Shown: piece by piece, positions 60,183-64,000 of the stretch
Numbering within the stretch: position 1 is the stretch's first letter
Layout: each line of letters begins with the position of its first letter
Assembly: GCF_001194135.2 (NCBI RefSeq)
Contig: NC_068985.1
Coordinates: forward strand, 121,689,121-121,753,120
Direction: 5' to 3'
Source: Octopus bimaculoides
Taxonomy: Eukaryota
DNA length: 64,000 nt
Translations under genes and position numbers: made by a program
Notes under the pieces: generated by a model
What the model saw: the letters and a program-made list of their open reading frames with translations, nothing else
Told to the model about the DNA's origin: nothing
The model's database searches: none

Positions 60183-61206
60183 AATTTCATTCACATTACT
60201 AAGGTGCTCAGAAAAAGAATATTATGACTTAATCCCACTCCCTCTCTCCACAAAAAAAAAAGTGAGAGAGAGAGAGAGAGATCCTCTGAATATGAAAAAT
60301 CATAGTTTACCACTAAGTTAGCACACAGATCAAGCATACTTTGAGCAAAGGCATTCCAGTCATGACCACTACTTTTTATGGTAATATTTATTTTAATAGA
60401 AAATGAGAGAACATTGCAAAAATTGATATTAGTCAGAAACTTGATAATAAAATGAAACAACTCTGAAATAGTTATACCTGTTAACTATTACTTCTGAACA
60501 AACATTGACATGCTACACAAGAAATTGTTTGCAAAATGCTATCAATAGATAATCTTTGCAAGCTTGCTTCCCAACCATGTGGTTTGGAGGCCAATCCCAC
60601 AGCATGGCATCTCAGGCAAGTGTCTTCTACTGTAGCCCTTGGTTGACCAAACTCTTCTGAGTGGATTAAGTAGACAGAAACAGAAAGAAGCTTGTTGTGT
60701 GTGTGTGTTTGTATTTGTCTCAACAAATGATGGCTGTAAACATTACCATCATATATATGATGTTGTTCGTTTTTAGTCCTCTGTGAAAAATATTATTTTG
60801 CTTGGAAACAGGTGAGGGTTGGTGACAGGAGGGTCATCTAACCATAGAAAATCTGACCGAAGCAAGCATGAAAAGTTGACAATACAACAAAGTTGATGAC
60901 AGTGGGATTATGAGATCCAAAGAAGAAAGAATCTTGTTTAATATTTTGATAATGCCTGCATATACAACAGCTCCAAGCTTTACTATCTGAGCATGCTTGG
61001 TAATTCATCAAATGCATTGGTTCAGTATAGCAATCTCAAATGATGAAAGAGATTTGCTTACTACTACTTCAAATATCAACTGTCATGGTGCAAATAAATT
61101 TACACAATGATTCCTTTGAATTAGATCATCAGTATTAATTATGTATAACACCAATTCTCACAGATGCTGAAAGGTCCAGCCAATTCTTCAACATATAAAC
61201 AATTTG

Positions 61207-62090
61207 AGGGATTTGTGGTTTGTCTTCCCTTCAGGTAGAAGACAAACCACAAATCCCTTTGGGTAGATGGCCCTGCTTGATCTGTAGAAAAGATGTAGGT
61301 AGAAACTCCATAAGATGTACCCAGTGTAAGCTATGGGCACATAAGAGGTGCAGCAATATCTAAGGAAGGCAAACTGGGAAGACTTTTTGTGTGTGGCAAA
61401 TGCTCAGGAGCAATAAACACTGAAAATGTGCAGAGAACAGCTTCCGTTACATTCTAAGGGGAAAAAACTACAAGTAGTTGATAGCTTCCGTTACCTAGGT
61501 GACCAAGTCAGTAGCGGGGGCGGATGCTCATTGGGCCTCACCGAAGCAATGACAAGTGGATCTTTGGAGATATGCTGTGCCTGAGAAGACCTGGCAAGCC
61601 AAGTGAGACCATAACCGTGGCCTATGCCAGTGCTGTATAACCAGCCCATTTAACAGTACCCTTCAATAAACTACGCTTGCGAAGACCTATCAAGGCAAGT
61701 GAAATCGTTGTCGTAGCTGATGACAGTACCGCCTGATTGGCACCCATTCGAGCATGATCGTTGCCAGGGCTGCTGACTGGCTCCTGTGCCGGTGGTACGT
61801 TAAAAACACCATTCAAGCGTGATCGTTGCCAGTGCCACCAGATTGGCTCCTGTGCATCATTTGAGCGTGGCCAATGCCAGTACCGCCTGACTGGCCATTG
61901 TGCAGGTAGCACATAAAAGCACCCACTACACTCTCAGAGTGGTTGGCGTTAGGAAGGGCATCCAGCTGTAGAAACTTTGCCGGATCAGATTGGAGCCTGG
62001 TGCAGCCTTCTGGCTTGACAGCCCTCAGTCAAACCATCCAACCCATGCCAGCATGGAAAGCAGACGTTAAACGACAATGATGATGATGAT
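61207..62090 (+). mobile_element. RTE LINE 3' portion with 5' fold-back, PHD-like Cys/His segment, internal deletion, minisatellite and (GAT)n tail; a second tail copy follows at 62098-62217
   Basis: WPCLICRKDVGRNSIRCTQCKLWAHKRC...CGKC, then VVDSFRYLGD, then a jump to the gcctcaccgaagcaatgac 3' end. Confidence 0.85.
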
Positions 62091-62506
62091 TTGGCATTAG
62101 AAAGGGGATCCAGCTGTAGAAACCATGCCAAATAAGACTGGAGTCTAGTGCAGCCCCTCAGCTTGCCAGCCTTGGTCAAACTGTCCAACAATGGACATTA
62201 AATGATGATGATGATGACTTTCAGTGTGAAAATTTTTTTTAGTTTTTTTGTTTGTTTCAGATTCATTTTATTAGAATTTCAATTAGTGGCTATTGCTGAT
62301 TTGTTCTTTTACTTTTAGGCTACTTTAAATGAAAAATTATTGTTTTTGTGAATCTAAGACTACAGTGGCACATGGCATCTGAAACAAAGAAGATGATTAG
62401 AATTTGGTTAAGATTTCTAATAAATTAAGTGACCACATAGAAGTCTCCTCATTCCTTTTCTCTCTAGAGATGAAAGAACATGGTAAATAGAAACATAAGT
62501 AATTTA

Positions 62507-62560
62507 AGGCGGCGAGCTGGCAGAAACGTTAGCACGCCAGACGAAATGCTTAGCGATATT
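62507..62560 (+). mobile_element. Truncated SINE head
   Basis: aaggcggcgagctggcagaaacgttagcacgccagacgaaatgcttagcg is a CpG-rich A-box-like head recalled from octopus SINEs; the remainder is absent. Confidence 0.5.
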
Positions 62561-64000
62561 AAATGGTGATTTTTCATGTTTTAGTGAGAAAAATCACCAC
62601 AGTATTTTCATAATACAAGTACTACACGCAAGTAACTACTGTCAGTATCACTTGATGATAGAGACCTAAACGGGAACTTGAACAACTGACAAGACCATAC
62701 ATTTTGGGCTATCTGAAAATATTGGTTGCAAGAACTGTACACTTTCCGCGAATGTTAATTTACTAATTGGTGACTAGCGTTAATCCACACATAGGAGTTT
62801 TCTCGTTGGCTTGTATTTAGAAAGTAAAACCCCATGTATATTTTTCATCATTCAGCTAGGAGGGAAGACAGTGTCCATAACACATTACAGAGCCTCTGAG
62901 ACTCATGGGAGAGACGAAGGTATTCTGAAAACGGTCTGAATATTTGCAACAGAAGTGGACTCTGTTTCCAAATAAGCCATGATGGGATTTGTCCAAAGAG
63001 TCAAAGCAAGTGCGTCAAAGCAAGTGCTGCAAAGCATCTGGTTTAATTCCTTACAGTTTCACGAATCCACCACCTTGGATTGATATTTTTGTATCAACTT
63101 CAATAAAGATGACAGGCAAAGTTGACCTCAACGAGATTTAAGCTCAGAAAGAACAGCTATTGCAAAGCATTCTATCTGACAGTAACAACTGTCAATTTGC
63201 TGCAAGTAAATGATGATTATCAAATATATTTACACAGGAAGGTAACAGCATATTGCAACTTAAATACGGCATACAGAGATTAATTCAAGGAACCAAAAGT
63301 TAGTCGTGTTCATTAAGACATCACTGAATTGTTTTAGGCAGTACAACACAGTAACTTAAGGAAATAAAAACAGAGAAATGAGATGTAGTATTCATACTTT
63401 TTTCAAGGATGTTAACACCATAAATTGGCACCAAATGAGGAACAAAAGTTGTAGGTTATATCCACCAAGGACATACAACAATATTAGAGTAACCAGATGT
63501 TATGAGCGTGTTTCAAAACAAACGTTTCGCATGGAGCTCTTTGTTCAGGTCAACATATAAGCAAATTTATTTTCAATCTACTTCATAACAATCAGCATCT
63601 AACCACCCAAAATCTTTACCAAGCTTAATTTAATTCATAATGACTAATGACCCGTACGTAAATACTATGTATATGCAAGCAGTAATTTTCCAACTGGAAC
63701 CAGCCTTGTTCAGTTAATAAGAATTGACACCTACGTTTTCTGAATATTTGCCAAGTTTAGTTTTCTGGGGGAGAGGGGTGCGAGTTAAAATTACAAATTA
63801 AAAGTAAAAATCTAACTAATAAAATAAAAACAGGGGCTAATGCAGTTTTGTACTTCTCCTTGGAAAATGCAGTTTTTTAAAAAAATTTTGGTTAAATGTT
63901 GACATTATTACCCAGAAACGAAATACAAAAAAAATAGTACAATGGATGTGAAAAAAGGTATAGGAAACGAATATGAAAACAAAAATGCCCAGAAATTAAC

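Noticed and set aside
59896-60321. 141-aa repeat-protein ORF, or a CRISPR-like array
   Set aside because: It is a 66-bp LINE minisatellite with no unique spacers, in a eukaryotic context with no cas genes; the ORFs arise because the period is a multiple of 3.
62500-64000. Promoter or non-coding first exon of the hnRNPUL1-like gene
   Set aside because: CpG content is slightly raised, but I found no defensible donor site or core promoter; the first exon may lie outside the window.

Overview
AT-rich eukaryotic genomic DNA with 8 assembly gaps and many (TA)n/(CA)n/(GAT)n microsatellites. The repeat content is most consistent with an octopus genome (inference). One protein-coding gene spans the minus strand (55697 to 1421). 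I assembled 11 GT-AG coding exons by hand with consistent phases: 5034 nt, 1677 aa, an hnRNP U/hnRNPUL1-family protein (SPRY/B30.2 plus a P-loop polynucleotide-kinase-like domain). Three things make it atypical. (1) It has Asp (G-T-D, residue 368) at the polynucleotide-kinase general-base position where human hnRNP U/UL1 have Asn, so it may be an active RNA/DNA 5'-kinase rather than a pseudokinase. (2) No SAP domain is visible; a Pro/Met-rich leader follows an in-frame upstream stop. (3) A 1147-aa low-complexity tail is encoded by a single 3.4-kb exon (FET-like S/Y/G/Q/N region, a graded RxD repeat array, an RG/PR tail). The introns and upstream region hold decayed mobile DNA: piggyBac plus a cognate MITE, two mariners, RTE and CR1/L2-type LINE pieces, SINEs, and a Penelope-like element with inverted ends, a tRNA-like head and a decayed minimal hammerhead ribozyme. 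Several near-perfect hairpins are also present. Family assignments rest on recalled motifs; no searches were run.
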